A stretch of 64,000 bases of DNA from Eledone cirrhosa (Eukaryota). Location of the stretch: assembly GCA_964016885.1 (NCBI GenBank), contig OZ024740.1, positions 95,046,001 to 95,110,000 on the forward strand, given 5' to 3'. The position numbers and the translations under genes are program-made. Positions 16,715 through 30,799 of this stretch are shown here, in pieces. Position 1 is the stretch's first letter. Each line of letters begins with the position of its first letter. Under the pieces are notes generated by a model. That model had not been told where the DNA came from and ran no database searches. It worked only from the letters and a program-made list of their open reading frames with translations.

Positions 16715-18120
16715 GAAATTGACGCAACAATTGATCTCCACGTGTGTCTGTAGTTCATTGCCGCTGCTAAGTCCTGGATTTCAATACCTTAATCTCTGGA
16801 GATGACATCGGTAGGACACCTTGCGCCAACTTTTATTAGTAACTTCTTGTAGTTTCCAAAGTAGTAATGGGGACACAGCCTCATAGGTAGCACGATGGCA
16901 GTGACCAGAAAATCTTACACTCCTTTTACGTACAACGAAAGATATGCGTGAGAGGCCGGCATGATTCTCTCTCAAAGTCAGATGTCACCAACTTATGTTC
17001 TGAATACGTTGAAGCAGGAGTATAGGTGCCATCAAGACGTTTTTGTTGTATAGATGAAAGCGTCCATATTTCACGTCATATGGCAAGATTAATTGAATTG
17101 TTACTTGGAAAAGTCTGATTTTGGTGTGGTTGGAAATATTTGAGCACCAAACTCGATCCATCTTGTTTCAATCTGATCATGCGCTTGGGCCTTTCTGCTG
17201 GCGAAAGTAATCTCAGAGTCCATGATCCAGGGCCCAAGATACTTGAAATCCTCAAAGTACTTGATATCACTGCCGTTGATTGCTTAGATATTTTGCCTGT
17301 ACAGTTTGATATGTACTCTGTTTTACCTTCGTTCGGATGAAGGCCAACATGGGCGGCCACTTCTAGGAGAGATGTCAATTTTTTGGCGAATTTTCCGGGA
17401 TATCTGCAAGGGATGCGATGTCACATGCAAAGTCATGGTCAGTGAGATGTTGAGAATGGTGCCTAGAAACCATGCGGTCTTTAATGGTCATGCTTTGTTA
17501 TTGATTTTGTCAATTGAGAGACTGAGGTCGTAGTCTAGTGCAATGATGAAGATGAATGAGGCAAGGCTGTGACCTTGTAGCAATCCTGCTGAAATGTCAA
17601 AGAACTCTGTTGGGCCATCGGCTGTGATGATAGTGACACGTGTGTTGAGATACAGAGACTTAACTGTTTCCACAAGTCTTGCTGGTATGCCTTTATGAGA
17701 AGAATTCCAAACTGAATGTCTCGGTTGATGGTGTCAAAAGCTTTTCTCAAATCAACACAACTAGCGCCATTTGTCTGTTGGTTTTTCTCATCTCTTCCAC
17801 TACTTTTCTGAAGGCCAACATATGTGCAAGTGTCGATAAACCACGCCTTAAACCGTTTTGGTTGATGCGGAGGTGTGGATCAACGTACGGAACTATACGG
17901 TTGAGGATTAGCTTGTTTTAGACGTTGGCAGCAATGGGCATACGTGATACACCCCGGTAGGTTTTGGTCGATGAGAGGACGACTTTTGTCGGACAGGAAC
18001 TATGCCTGATTTTAGCCAACTTGGTGGAGGAATGTTGTTGCTTAAGTTGTCGTTGCAGATTGATAATCGGATGAAGTAAGGTTTGGGTCTTTCCAGATAT
18101 GACCGTTTCCTCAGGTGGGC
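16715..18120 (-). pseudogene. Decayed RTE-clade LINE RT region
   Basis: YRGVS, NQNGLR, DLRKAFD, AGLLQGHSLASFIFIIALDY, FSGHCHR; many frameshifts. Confidence 0.85.
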
Positions 18121-18639
18121 AAAATTCTAAACAATTATTTCTAGGGCATATATACATTATTTATTTTCCAACAGACCTATGAATGTTTATTTTATGATGG
18201 AGTATACTGTAGGATTAATTATTTTGCAATGATTCCTCTGGATAAAATACACCTCTCCTTCAATAATTGACAGATAAGGGATCCTTCGATATTTTTACTC
18301 TTTCAATACTGTGTTTTCATTAGAATGCTTCCCTCAACATTTGCGCAAAGCGCTTCTTTCAAGAGTTGGTGCCACCGAAAATTAAGCAACTTCTGAACCT
18401 AAAACAAAAGTAAAACTGATATAGTACGCGAAGACGCTAAGTTCGACTGTTGTGTAATAGAGCAGGAAATAGACATATGGTAAACGATTAATGATTAGTA
18501 TTATTTGATTAAGAATGTAAATACACATATTTTATTTTACAAAATATGTTTATACAAAGAATAACTGTATTAAAGTGAACAGAATATAAAATGAAAAGGA
18601 TATTAAAAACAGAAGAAAAAAAGAATGGAATTGACGCAA

Positions 18640-20090
18640 GCAGGTTTAAAATGTTACCGTAAACCGGCCTCGTGTAGGCTCATTCTGTTGTCGTTCAGAC
18701 GAACCCCAGCATACAGAATGAAATCTCAAATCGTCAAAAACTACTCACTGGTCAGTTGGTGTCGGTCGAAGGAAAGCTCGATCTGCCAGAAAATGTCTCC
18801 GTCCTCCTAGTTACGTCTGAATAGTTGGTATCCAGACATTCTAGTATAGCTTTTGAGAGGACCGGAGCTACTATGAGTGTAATGTATGTCATAATGGAGG
18901 TATGTGAGCGGTTACAATGGCGGTGTCCGACTTACACACGTCGCTATAACGTCATCCAAGCTGATGCTTTTGAAGATGTTACGCATGATCAACGTCAACG
19001 GGAGATTATGTGACAAAAAGGGTGAATGCTCTATGAAGTATCTGACCATATGAGCAGCTGCATCAAAACCACTTTTCTCTAAATTTGAGCTAGACTGGTC
19101 TGAACACACCGCCTAAGTCGTCAACGCTGAATAGGCCACAAGGTGCACACAGAGGTTGCCATTTGCAAGGGATTGTATGTCACCGTCACTTGTCTTCCAC
19201 TCTGTCAATTTGGGAGCGAGGAGAGCACGGCCATGACATGTGGAAATGACCACGAAGAAGCATATTATTGAGAGAGGATACGGATCAGTACAACCCTACT
19301 CCTGCCTGTGGGGCTAGATTAGGTCACTGAGGTTATGGGCTCCTAGGCTAAACGCGCCCGCTCGGCTTCACCCTAGGAAGGGGCTGCAGAACAACTTTGA
19401 TGGAGGCAGAAAAGTTTGCAATAATCTCAAAAACCTGAATATCCGTGAGGTTTTTCAGTGGGTCAATCATGAAGCCGTTTTGCAAAATCAGAAAGGTACT
19501 ACAAGCGCGGATTTAGGCACTGTGGGAGAAGAAATGACTTCACAATCAAGCAGGAGATCGAACGGTGTCGCGTAATCGGGATACAAATTATAAACAACGC
19601 AAACGGAAGTGTTTTTATTTAAAAAATGCAGGCTGTTGGTATCGAGAGTCTGCTCGATGCATAATGCTAATACTTTGGTCACGAAAGTGCGGGCCCCTGT
19701 GATGATTGTCTTCGATTGTCTGTGATTGTCTTAGTCTGTCTGCGGCGGGATATCACTATGAAGACATTGTCTGGAGAGCGTGGTTAGCAACTCATTTTTT
19801 TCTGATTCCTTCTACACACGTGCAAACTATCAGCATCTGGTTTCAAGGGGTTTAAGAATCCCGAGCAGTGCGATATGTGCAGAGATTCCGTCGCGTGTCG
19901 GTAAGGTTTGACGCAATAAAGTCGGACGAAATAGTTATAGTTTGAACATATCCTTCCTCTCTTCCCCTTATTTTGTATGGTACTCGAGCGTCGCTGCGTG
20001 TCCTCCGGCAAGACGATGTTCTTACGCGGAACCTCGGGCATATCTAGAGCTTGCATGACATGTGACTGGATTGGACACCGCCGGGGCTGA
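18640..20090 (-). pseudogene. Highly decayed Gypsy/Ty3 internal region
   Basis: Degenerate gag knuckle (ICSNYNYF..CVKP), RT connection (LTDIQVFEIIANF..VLQPL), RNase H-like stretch (HMVRYFIEHSPF..HNLPL) in gag-pol order; no LTRs seen. Confidence 0.5.
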
Positions 20091-20710
20091 GTTTAGGGTG
20101 TAAGTGGGACTGAAGAGAGAAATGCTACATCCAAGGAATAGAGAAGGAGAAATGGACAGAGAGGGCTGCCAGTAGATAAATGGTGAAAAAGAGACGAAGG
20201 AGTAATTTTTCAGAGGACATGAATCAAACGAGCAGTATATTCTCAGTAACGGCTCGTTCCGTATTCAGTTAATGCATGTTCACATTGCATCATTCTTTTC
20301 ATTTATATTACATAAAGCTACAATCCACTATCGGACCATCAAAATGCTTCCATCTATTTGAAATAAGTTTTAGCTTCAGATTTGTTTTTCAAAATCTGTA
20401 CATCCGTTGTTGGTACGACTATTGTTCATTTTAATTCTTTGTTACAAAATAGAGAATACATATGCAATGTGCTAATGAATTAACGTTTATTTAAAATGTC
20501 AGTATCATTTTAAGAGAAATATGTTAATGAATCTTTTGTCCACAACAATGCATACAATAATGAAATAACGCCTTGATTATGTTTTCAATATTCGGAAATC
20601 CTCGCTCATTACAATGCCAGTTAAGTGTTTTGCACTGTTATCTCAATTTACGTCGTACTTACACACACAATCACACACACAAACACACGTACATACAAAC
20701 ACACACACAA

Positions 20711-20749
<39 letters not shown>

Positions 20750-20797
20750 CACACGCACATACACACGCGCACACTTACACACATATATATATATATA

Positions 20798-20896
20798 TAG
20801 TGTTATACATCGGGAGGGTCATATTGTTGTAATAATATTGTCAGAAATACTGTTTCGACACACAATTTCATATCAAAAACCTTTCAAAACAAAAGC

Positions 20897-20897
<1 letters not shown>
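20798..20897. mobile_element. Tiny inverted remnant of the 14148/37908 PLE terminus
   Basis: gttatac.gggagggtcat (antisense) joined to the sense tail gtttcgacacacaatttc. Confidence 0.55.
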
Positions 20898-20955
<58 letters not shown>

Positions 20956-21190
20956 CTATGGCGGGTAAAATTCCCGAGATCCATGGACGAGTTCTCTCCA
21001 GCGGTCTCTGTCCCTCATTATCGCTGCCATATCCTGCATTTCCAATAGACCAGTGTCTGTCCTTAGGGCATCAACATATGTTGACCTTGGTATTCCGCTT
21101 CTAGTGTGTCCATGTAGGGGCTCCCAAAGGAGCACTGAGTGCAATGTCAACTCTGGATGTCGGTGAGCATGTCCAGCCAACCTCAGTCTC

Positions 21191-23143
21191 CTATGTCACT
21201 TTTGAGCTGACATTTGGGATGCTCCCATACAGCTCTGAGTTTTTCATCCTCAGTGTATACTGATTAATGTTCAAAGCCATCCTCAGCATTCTCGTGTAGC
21301 ACCCATCCACCATCTGAGTGAGTCTCTTGGTCAGTGTCCAAGTCTCAGACCCATACAGCAGCACAGACTGCACTACAGCAATGAAGAGGCGGATTTTCAG
21401 GTCTCTACGAAGGTACGACTTCCACACCGATCTCAAGCTGTGACACGCCGCCCAGGCCTTGCTCTTCCTCTCAACCACATCATCTTCCGTATTCCCAATC
21501 TTTGTTCCCAAATACAGGAAGTCCTCAACCAATTCTAGCGGCTTCCCGCCTACATTAGTGATCCCCTCTGGCTTCTCAAGATTCTCTACCAGATATTTTG
21601 TTTTAGTCTCATTCATTCTCAGCCCCACACTCATCGACACAGTCTCAACCTCCCGCATCAAATCCTCTGCCTCCTTCACTGTATTTGTCACCGAAAGTAT
21701 GTCGTCGGCAAATTCAGCATCCGACACCTTTTTCGCCCTAACTCTACTGCTCTGAGCCGGTGCTACAGTAAAGCCAGAGTCCTGGTGTTTCTCCAGTGCA
21801 AGGCGCATACAATAGTCCACTACGATGATAAAAAGGTAGGGAGCCAATGTATCTCCCAGGAGCACTCCAGCCAGTATCTCAAAGAACTCTGTCATCCCAT
21901 CAGGTGTAATGACTTGGGCTTTGGTGTTGGTGTAGAGCAGTGATATCAGGTCCACTATCCTCTTGGGGATTCCATAAGCCTGTAAGATCTTCATTAGGCA
22001 GTAACGGTCCACAGAATCAAAGGCCTTCCTAAAGTCAATGAAAACCATGACCGCAGGAAGGCACTTTGCTCTAGCTCCCTCTAATATCCTCCTCAGCATC
22101 AGGATGTGACTGGTGGTTGATCTACCCTCTCTGAAGCCGTTCTGGTTGTCCCTGAGCTTCTTCTCCATCTCAGGCTGGATCCTGTTAAGAATCATCCTGT
22201 TGAGGGTCTTTGCTACAAGTGACGTCAGTGAGATCCCCCGGTAGTTGTTGGTGTTAGAGAGATCTCCCTTATTTGGAACTGGGACGATGTTACTGATCCT
22301 CCACTGATTCGGCGCAACTCCTTTCTCCAGTGCCCCGTTACAGAACCCCAGGATGATATCATCAAAATCACACCTCTTCATCACCTCTGCTGCCACTCCA
22401 TCTTCTCCATGAGCCTTGCCCTCCTTGATCTTCTTCTTGGCTCTCTGAAGCTCCTCTCTGGTGAAGGGCTCTGTCTCAACATCCAGTTCCTCAAACAGCC
22501 GCCTTTTCTCCCCAGTGCTCTGGGCTGTGTAGGGTGGCTCACCTAGTAGGGTCCTAAAATGGTCTAGCCATTTCCTCTTCCTATCCTCGGGCCCCATTCC
22601 CTGGATCTGACTCGAACACCTTTTCTTCCTCCCTGTGATCTCGTTGATGATCATCCAGCTCTCCTTACATCCAGATCTGTCAACCGTTCTCTCCACATTT
22701 CTGATCTTCTCTATCAGTGCCTCCTCTCTGACCTCAGTGTAAGCGGTACAGAGCTCTTCCCTCGTCACCTCCACAGTCTCCATCCTCTCCTCCGTAGGAT
22801 CAGCATAGCATTGATCCCTGGCAGCTTTAAGGTGTTCTCTGGCTGCCCACACATTTGGGTTTGCAGAGCCGACGTGCTTCCCTTTGTTCTTTTTCCTCGG
22901 CACCAGGGTTTCACTTGCTTTCGCCACTGCATTGGTGAAGTGCCCGTACCTCCTCGTCACACTCCACTCAGTCCATCCAATCTCTCTCTCCTCTGACTCT
23001 CCACACAGAGCACTAAACCTGTTTCTCACTTCCACTGTGAACCTCTCCTGTAGCTTATCATCTTCCTTGAAAGCTCCCCAGTCATAGATTGTTCTCCGGG
23101 GCTGAGCCTTGCTCTTTCTTAAGCTCACGCGGACCTCACTCAT
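21191..23143 (-). CDS. RTE reverse transcriptase ORF (650 aa, 5' disrupted, frameshifted near C-terminus)
   Basis: NYRGISL, NQNGFR, FIDFRKAFDSV, GVLLGDTLAPYLF, FADD, LLYGSETW. Confidence 0.9.
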   Translation of the reverse strand: MSEVRVSLRKSKAQPRRTIYDWGAFKEDDKLQERFTVEVRNRFSALCGESEEREIGWTEWSVTRRYGHFTNAVAKASETLVPRKKNKGKHVGSANPNVWAAREHLKAARDQCYADPTEERMETVEVTREELCTAYTEVREEALIEKIRNVERTVDRSGCKESWMIINEITGRKKRCSSQIQGMGPEDRKRKWLDHFRTLLGEPPYTAQSTGEKRRLFEELDVETEPFTREELQRAKKKIKEGKAHGEDGVAAEVMKRCDFDDIILGFCNGALEKGVAPNQWRISNIVPVPNKGDLSNTNNYRGISLTSLVAKTLNRMILNRIQPEMEKKLRDNQNGFREGRSTTSHILMLRRILEGARAKCLPAVMVFIDFRKAFDSVDRYCLMKILQAYGIPKRIVDLISLLYTNTKAQVITPDGMTEFFEILAGVLLGDTLAPYLFIIVVDYCMRLALEKHQDSGFTVAPAQSSRVRAKKVSDAEFADDILSVTNTVKEAEDLMREVETVSMSVGLRMNETKTKYLVENLEKPEGITNVGGKPLELVEDFLYLGTKIGNTEDDVVERKSKAWAACHSLRSVWKSYLRRDLKIRLFIAVVQSVLLYGSETWTLTKRLTQMVDGCYTRMLRMALNINQYTLRMKNSELYGSIPNVSSKVT

Positions 23144-23176
23144 AACAAGCCGGTGGTCACTACCCAGAAAATAAAT

Positions 23177-24127
<951 letters not shown>

Positions 24128-24437
24128 TTCAAGAGTAACCAATCTTAAATATATAGATGGAGATAGGAGAGGAGATATGAGAGAAGAGATTGGTGAATTA
24201 GTTAGAAGCCAAAGCGTAAAGGCGTGTGCTCAATGTGCAATATGCAGTAGAAAGCAGCTAGGTGGCTGGGTTCATGCAGACGTTAGGTGCGCAGAGCTCG
24301 AAATATTCATTAGTTAAGCAGGACATGACCACACATTTCACAAGGAAGACATTATTAAGAGATTGTCAACATATGTTAGTTTGATGTAAGGAATGTAGAG
24401 AATAATAATAATAATAATATTAATAATAATAATGTCC

Positions 24438-24557
24438 GTTTACAATCGTTTCGCTACTCCATATAATATTTCTGGATCAGATGACTATATATCATAATTG
24501 ATGTGGTTCAGTTGAAAATAATTAACATATTTAAAAGACAGTGTGACTCATCGGAAC
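24438..24557 (-). ncRNA. Family B hammerhead, CCGAUGA core, 95-100 nt stem II (copies 26560-26685 +, 37001-37119 -, 37401-37520 +)
   Basis: gtt CCGATGA gycgctctrt...atggagtagc GAAAC RATT GTA aac (consensus). Confidence 0.65.
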
Positions 24558-24581
24558 TTCAAAGGAATATAAATTAAAATC

Positions 24582-24767
24582 ATTGTTTCTACTTTAGGCA
24601 CAAGGCCAGCAATTAGCCAGTGCATTACTGGTACTTTATTTTATCAACCTCGTAAGGATGAAAGGCAAAATCAACCTCGGCGGGATTTGAACTCAGATCG
24701 TAAAGGGACATAACTATGCTGGAAAGCATGGCGTCCGACCCTCTACCGATACTGCCAATCCACAGCC
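24582..24767 (-). mobile_element. tRNA-derived SINE inserted in the family B pLTR
   Basis: Absent from the inverted arm; flanked by ttaaaat-like duplication. Confidence 0.92.
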
Positions 24768-26835
24768 TTAAAATAATGAGAGAATATTACATAATATAAT
24801 GTTCCACATATTGGTTTTTCACTATGGTGTCTTGGTTGCATCAGTTGTCAAACATAATCAAGCAGTATTCATCTGTCGAGGCTGCATCGTGTGAGATCTG
24901 CCTATGGACATATTTACCTTACTAATCAGAGGGTGGTTTCAGGGGAAGTAACTCATCGAGAGATTAGAAATTGTGGGTATTTATAGTTAAGTGGTAATTT
25001 TTAAAATGTTTTAATTGAGAGACAACGTAGGGGAGGTAACTTATAATCATCTAAGTTGTTCATAGCTATTTAACTTATTACCTACAAGTAAACATGGGAC
25101 TAGATGACTAAGTTGGGTCAAATATTCTATTGGCGAAGGAATTAGCCCTTCGATGTTGACAGCTAATAGTTACCTACGTTCTATCGTTAATCGGTAGAGG
25201 TCGTGATAGAGTTATGTAATATGCTTCTGTAATACAGAGATCACAATATTTTGTTCGTCCATTGAACGGTTGGGACCTAGCCACGATATCCCATTTTAGT
25301 GAGTGTTGAAAGTTGTTTAAGTTAAGTTTTTTAATGAGCCTAGCTAGCGATGTCGAACATCTGTTGCTAGGGTCTCGGAAGTAAAAAGAGTGCGCGTTAT
25401 AGCGTACCTTAAAAGGGTTAGAGTTAGACGCGATATAAGAGCCGGTATTCGAAGTAGTTTTAACCGTGCACCTGGGTGTCAGGCAGTGTACATGTAATGG
25501 GCATGCATTGGGGTAATGGCAGTTGCAGTTGCTACTGCGGTTAGTGAGAGTATGGTAGTTTAACCTAAGCGTTAGGTCAGTGCTAGAAGAATTAGAGGAG
25601 GGAGGTGTGCTACTAGAGTAATTATTGGTGTAGTGGCGTGGTGTATTTGATAGGGGTGGTGGTATCCCAGTGTGGGAGTTATACTGTCTAAGTTTATGAT
25701 GGTTACTGAATGCAATGTGGCTAGCTAGGTTAGGTGTTGTGGAGAATGAGATTTTAATGTTATTTTTATTAAAGAGTTTATAATATCTATGGATGGGGGT
25801 GGAAAGATTTAGATAGGATAGAGAAGAAGCGAAGAAGCGTTTGAGGATATTAGTGGCTAGATTAGATGAGAATGGGGGGTTAAGCCAGGGGATATTTCTA
25901 GGTCTATTACTTCTAGGCGTTCTAGTGGAGTTGGTAGGGGCCTTCCTAGGGTTATTATCACCTGGCGATTTTTTATTTGTCATCTCATTTCTCATTCCTA
26001 TTCTAGGGTTGATTTTTAGTTTGCTACTTGGAGTGGGGAGCAGGCCGCTGCCACGATTAAACTTCCCTGTATAGGTGCTGTTACTGCTAAAATTCCGGCG
26101 AACCTGGCTTTATGCTAAGGTATTTCTAGTTCTAGTGTTAAGTTTAGTATGGTGAATTGCTGTATTATGGCATGTAGGTATGTAATAAATTGATTGTTCA
26201 TAACCAGATTCAGAAAGAGCCTTATTATAATATTGTGCATGGTTTATAAATATCTTCTCATTTGCTGATAGCATTGAGATCCTATACGTGATAGATTTGA
26301 TTACTGCTCCGATGACTGCCGGTTGGTGGTTAGAGTGTGTGCTTATATATGGGAGTATTTCACCTGGTTTATGGTAAGGGTAATACGGGTTATTGTTGAG
26401 ATCCAGGGCGAAGTCTAGGAAGTTTACTACGTTATGGTTCGCCTCGATGGTGATATAGAGACCGTTATTTTTAAAGAATCCATGTAATTGTTTTCTTATA
26501 TATATGGAATATTATATTATGTAATATTCTCTCATTATTTTAATTTATATTCCTTTGAAGTTCCGATGAGTCGCTCTGTCTTTTAAATATGTTAATTATT
26601 TTCAACTGACCCAGCTCAATTATGATATATAGTCATTTAATCCTGATCCAGAAATATTCTATGGAGTAGCGAAACAATTGTAAACGGACATTATTATTAT
26701 TAATATTATTATTATTATTAGTCTCTACATTCCTTACATCAAACTAAAATATGTTGACAACCTTTTAATAATGTCTTCCTTGTAAAATGTGTGGTCTTGT
26801 TTTACTTAACTAATGAATATATATATATATATATA

Positions 26836-27158
26836 TGGCGCGAAATTTATTATAATTATTGACAAACCAATCAAATTACTTCTCGAAAAACCTGGCTTTC
26901 GAGCCACTTTTTCCATATAAAACAAGTAACATTTAGAGACCAGCCAGATGTGAGGAAAACCAGAGACCCTCTCCATCTCAACTCACCTTTTGAAAAGCAG
27001 AAGAACTGCGAAACCGGTAAAGGAACCAAATAAATATATATATTTAAAAAAAAAAAATAAGACTTCAGTTGCATTTTCGATCTCATCCCTTTTTCTTTAT
27101 ACTTCCAGTCGTGTAGGACACCTCGGTTATTTTTCATTTTGTAAAAAAAAAACCTCAC

Positions 27159-27165
<7 letters not shown>
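26836..27165 (+). mobile_element. Family H PLE-like 3' end
   Basis: Homologous to 32259-32620; carries HHR 3' half GAAACCGGTA; TA-flanked. Confidence 0.65.
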
Positions 27166-27234
<69 letters not shown>

Positions 27235-27251
27235 TATAATAATAATAATAA

Positions 27252-27437
27252 TAATTGTTTCTACTATAGGCACAACGCCAGCAATTATCCAGTGCATTAC
27301 TTGTACTTTATTTTATCGACCCCGTAAGGATGAAAGGCAAAGTCAACCTCGGCGGGATTTGAACTCAGATCGTAAAGGGACGTAACTATGCTGGAAAGCA
27401 TGGCGTCCGACCCACTACCGATACTGCCAATCCACCA
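27252..27437 (-). mobile_element. tRNA-derived SINE with (TTA)n tail
   Basis: Near-consensus copy. Confidence 0.92.
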
Positions 27438-27516
27438 ATAATAAATCAGAAAATCCCGTAAAGTGTGAAATCAGCGATTCTTTCCTACTAATTTAATCTG
27501 TTATTTTAATAAATTA

Positions 27517-28625
27517 ATATATGAATGTATATATAGTGTATTTTGCAATACCTTGTATGCTTACTTAAAAGCATTTCGAAGACCTTATGCTATTGTTTTA
27601 GAGTAGTGACGGACACACTTACTTTAATTTTCAGCAAACAGGGGAGATAAAGCTGACAAGGGCTTCTTTCGCATTTATTGATCCTTATCAAAGCCAACTA
27701 CTCCTCCTTTTTGCTGAAATCATGGATGTTTGGTTCTTATAGAATTCTAATAAATAATCAGTAACTGATTATACAGAGCGGCTGCCGGAAAAGCAGAAAT
27801 TGAAAATTAGAATTGGTGCTCTGAAGTAGCTATATATATATGAATGTATATATAGTGTACTTTGCAATACACTGTATTCTTAGATATAAGCATATCGAAG
27901 ACCTTAAGCTATTGTTTTAGAGTAGTGACATACACACTTACTTTAATTTTCAGCAAACAGGGGGAGATAAAGCCGACAATGTATTGTTTCGCATTTATTG
28001 ATGTTTATCAAAGCCAACTACCCCTCCTGTTTGCTGAAATCACGGATGTTTGGTTCTTATAGAATTCTAGTAAATAATCAGGAATTGATTATACAGAGCG
28101 GTTGGCTTTGATAAGCATCAATAAATGAGAAACAAGGCCTTGTCAGCTTTATCTCCCCCCTGTTTGCTGAAAATTAAAGTAAGTGAGTCTGTCACTGCTC
28201 TAAAACAATAGCATAAGGTCAACGAAATACTTTTAATTAAGCATACAGTGTATTCCAAAATACACTATATATACATTCATATATATATAGCTAATTCAGA
28301 GCACCAATTCTAATTTTCAATTTCCGTTTGACCGGCAACCACTCTGTATAACCAGTTCCTGATTATTTACCAGAATTCTATAACAACCAAACATCCATGA
28401 TTTCAGCAAACAGGAGGAGTATTTGATAAGCATCAATAAATGCGAAACAATGCCTTGCTAGCTTTATCTCCTCCTCTTTGCTGAAAATTAAAGTAAGTGA
28501 GTATGTCACTACACTAAAACAATAACATTAGGTCTTCGAAATTCTTTTAATTAAGCATACAGTGTATTGCAGAATACACTATATTTACATTCATGTATAG
28601 CTATTTCAGAGCACCAGTTCTAATT
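27517..28625. mobile_element. Retrozyme-like 320-bp tandem repeat, two partial dimers head-to-head
   Basis: Period 320 (cores at 27685, 28005 minus; 28108, 28423 plus); no ORF; inversion at 28101. Confidence 0.8.
28104..28148 (+). ncRNA. Type I hammerhead with U3-A8 core variant
   Basis: ggct TTGATAA gcat-caataa-atg(c) GAAAC AAGGCCTT GTC agct; TTGATAA in all four units. Confidence 0.72.
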
Positions 28626-28638
28626 TAAAGTTAATATA

Positions 28639-28691
<53 letters not shown>

Positions 28692-28694
<3 letters not shown>

Positions 28695-28856
28695 AACAAG
28701 TAGGACCCAGACGGCTGAGCTCAAGCCGTTTGGACGGCTAATTCTGAGTACAGTATTAGCCGTCGAAACGGCTTCACCTCAGCCGTCGTGTCACCCTAAC
28801 TATTGAGTACTTTGGTGCGTTATGGTCCTTCTGGTACCTTACCACACCTCCTTTGT

Positions 28857-28858
<2 letters not shown>
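28692..28858. mobile_element. Family A head-to-head mini-insertion
   Basis: Inverted arms turning at about 28747; same outer start taggaac as 23870. Confidence 0.75.
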
Positions 28859-28892
<34 letters not shown>

Positions 28893-28919
28893 TATATACA
28901 TATATAATACATACACGCT

Positions 28920-29325
28920 GCCGTACGGATCTCTGACTTAGACACTGACCAGGAAACTGACTCAGATGGTGGATGGGTGCTACCAGAGAATGCTGAGGAT
29001 CGCTCTGAACTTTAATCAGTATACAATGAGGATGAAAAACTCAAAGCTCTATGGGAACCTCCAAAAATCACCTCAAAATGACACAGTGGAGATTGAGGTT
29101 AGCTGGACATGCTCACCGACATCCAGAGTTAACACTGCATTCAGTGATCCTGTGGGAGCCCCTGCATGGACACACTGGAAGAGGAACACCACGGCTAAAG
29201 TATGTTGATGCCCTAAGTACAGACACTGGTCTGCTGGTGAGGTAGGACATGGCAGCGATAACGAGGGACAGAGACCGCTGGAGAGAATGTGCCCTTGGAT
29301 CTCGGGAATTTTAACCGCCCTCTAG
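28920..29325 (+). mobile_element. 3' fragment of the RTE family at 20955-23757
   Basis: MVDGCY.RMLR.ALN, LRLAGHAHRHPELTLHSV.LWEP; ends at the stop plus TAGA/TA repeats. Confidence 0.92.
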
Positions 29326-29390
29326 ATAGAGAGATACATACATATATTGGATATATACATACATATATACATATATACATACATATATAC

Positions 29391-29430
<40 letters not shown>

Positions 29431-29499
29431 AAACGGAAAATAAAATGCTGACAAATTGTTCCAAGTGAAAAATAGTTCAATTAGGAATAAGTAAAAATG

Positions 29500-29579
<80 letters not shown>

Positions 29580-29934
29580 CATATATACATATATACATAT
29601 ATACATAAACTACATTCATGATACACAAATGCAATACAAAACAATACAGCCATCGGCCTCATAGAGCCTCTTCTTGGTTGGGAATATAGTAATTTATTAA
29701 TCAAATTCAACAACGCTTCCATTAGTCATTTTGCTTGAATAATTTGCTTGGTGTTTGTTGAAATAATAAATGTAGTAATATTGTTTTATTTCTAAATCTA
29801 ACGCATATTATAGATGATATATCGATGAAGATTTAAGTATAGATTGCCTATAGAAATGTTATTTGAATGGTCATAATGTGGACAAAGATGTCGACAATGT
29901 TGGTGATGACTCTAATAGGCTCTAAGATGTTAGT

Positions 29935-30025
29935 GATTATGATAGTGATGATGATGATGATGACGATTATGACGACAATGATGATGAAGATGATGATGAT
30001 GATGAGGATGATGATGATGATGATC
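29935..30025. repeat. (GAT)n microsatellite
   Basis: Direct read. Confidence 0.9.
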
Positions 30026-30799
30026 ATTCTTAACCATGCGTCATTTGCTTACAGATATGTTGCTTTCATTCACTGAAATTTACTTCAGATTACAAAGAGT
30101 ATCAAAACATATATATGAAATGTGTCTGACTACAGTATTATCAATAATCTGAATATTTGTAAATACAACATTTTAAAATACAAAATTAGTCTTTGTTACA
30201 TTTCATTCAAAAATTGAAAAAAAACTCTATATAATGAACAGAAAAATAATTGCAATCAGGAACATTTATATGCCTTGATGTCAATAACAGGAGAACTCAT
30301 CTTTAATGAAAAATTAATGAAAATTTGAAATGGAAAATGAATTTGTAAAGTGAAAATGAATTAATATTTCTAAGAATACTAAATTTGTGTTAAATTTTTT
30401 GTTAAATTATACTGGTGAGCAAACAAAATAATAATAGAATGTGAATTGAAAAATATTGGTGTAACATGGAATGATGCGAAACTGATTAAAAGACTAGGTT
30501 ACAATAAAGAAAATAAAAGAAAGACGCTATCACGTTACAAATAATTTTATCACTATTTCGCGGTCAAAATTACATTTTGCTTTGCCGGAAATCTAGTTTT
30601 ATATATAATTAATACTGGAGTCACATTACATCAAAGATTCTCAACAACGAAGCGCAAATGCAGTGTGTACAGCAGTCTAAAGAAAATATTCATATAAACT
30701 GTATCACACGCCGATGAAAATGGCATAAACAGCTGTTTAAAAAAAAAGGCAATTAAAAAAGACGGGCATTGTCACAAATAATATTTTATATCCAAACTA

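Larger units (their letters stand above)
24125..26817 (-). mobile_element. 5'-truncated PLE (family B) with inverted partial pLTR
   Basis: ORF pieces 25160-26500 (WLNPPFS, CNC..CPL..CL, YIAS..FKVRY, CDLC..E); about 24305-24805 inverted at 26505-26817 without the SINE. Confidence 0.92.

Noticed and set aside
26859-27025. TTGACAA as the 5' core half for family H GAAACCGGTA
   Set aside because: Neither stem I nor stem II pairs; the true 5' half is probably truncated
27517-28625. CRISPR array or plain satellite
   Set aside because: Whole 320-bp units repeat with no unique spacers, the context is eukaryotic, and each unit carries an HHR fold
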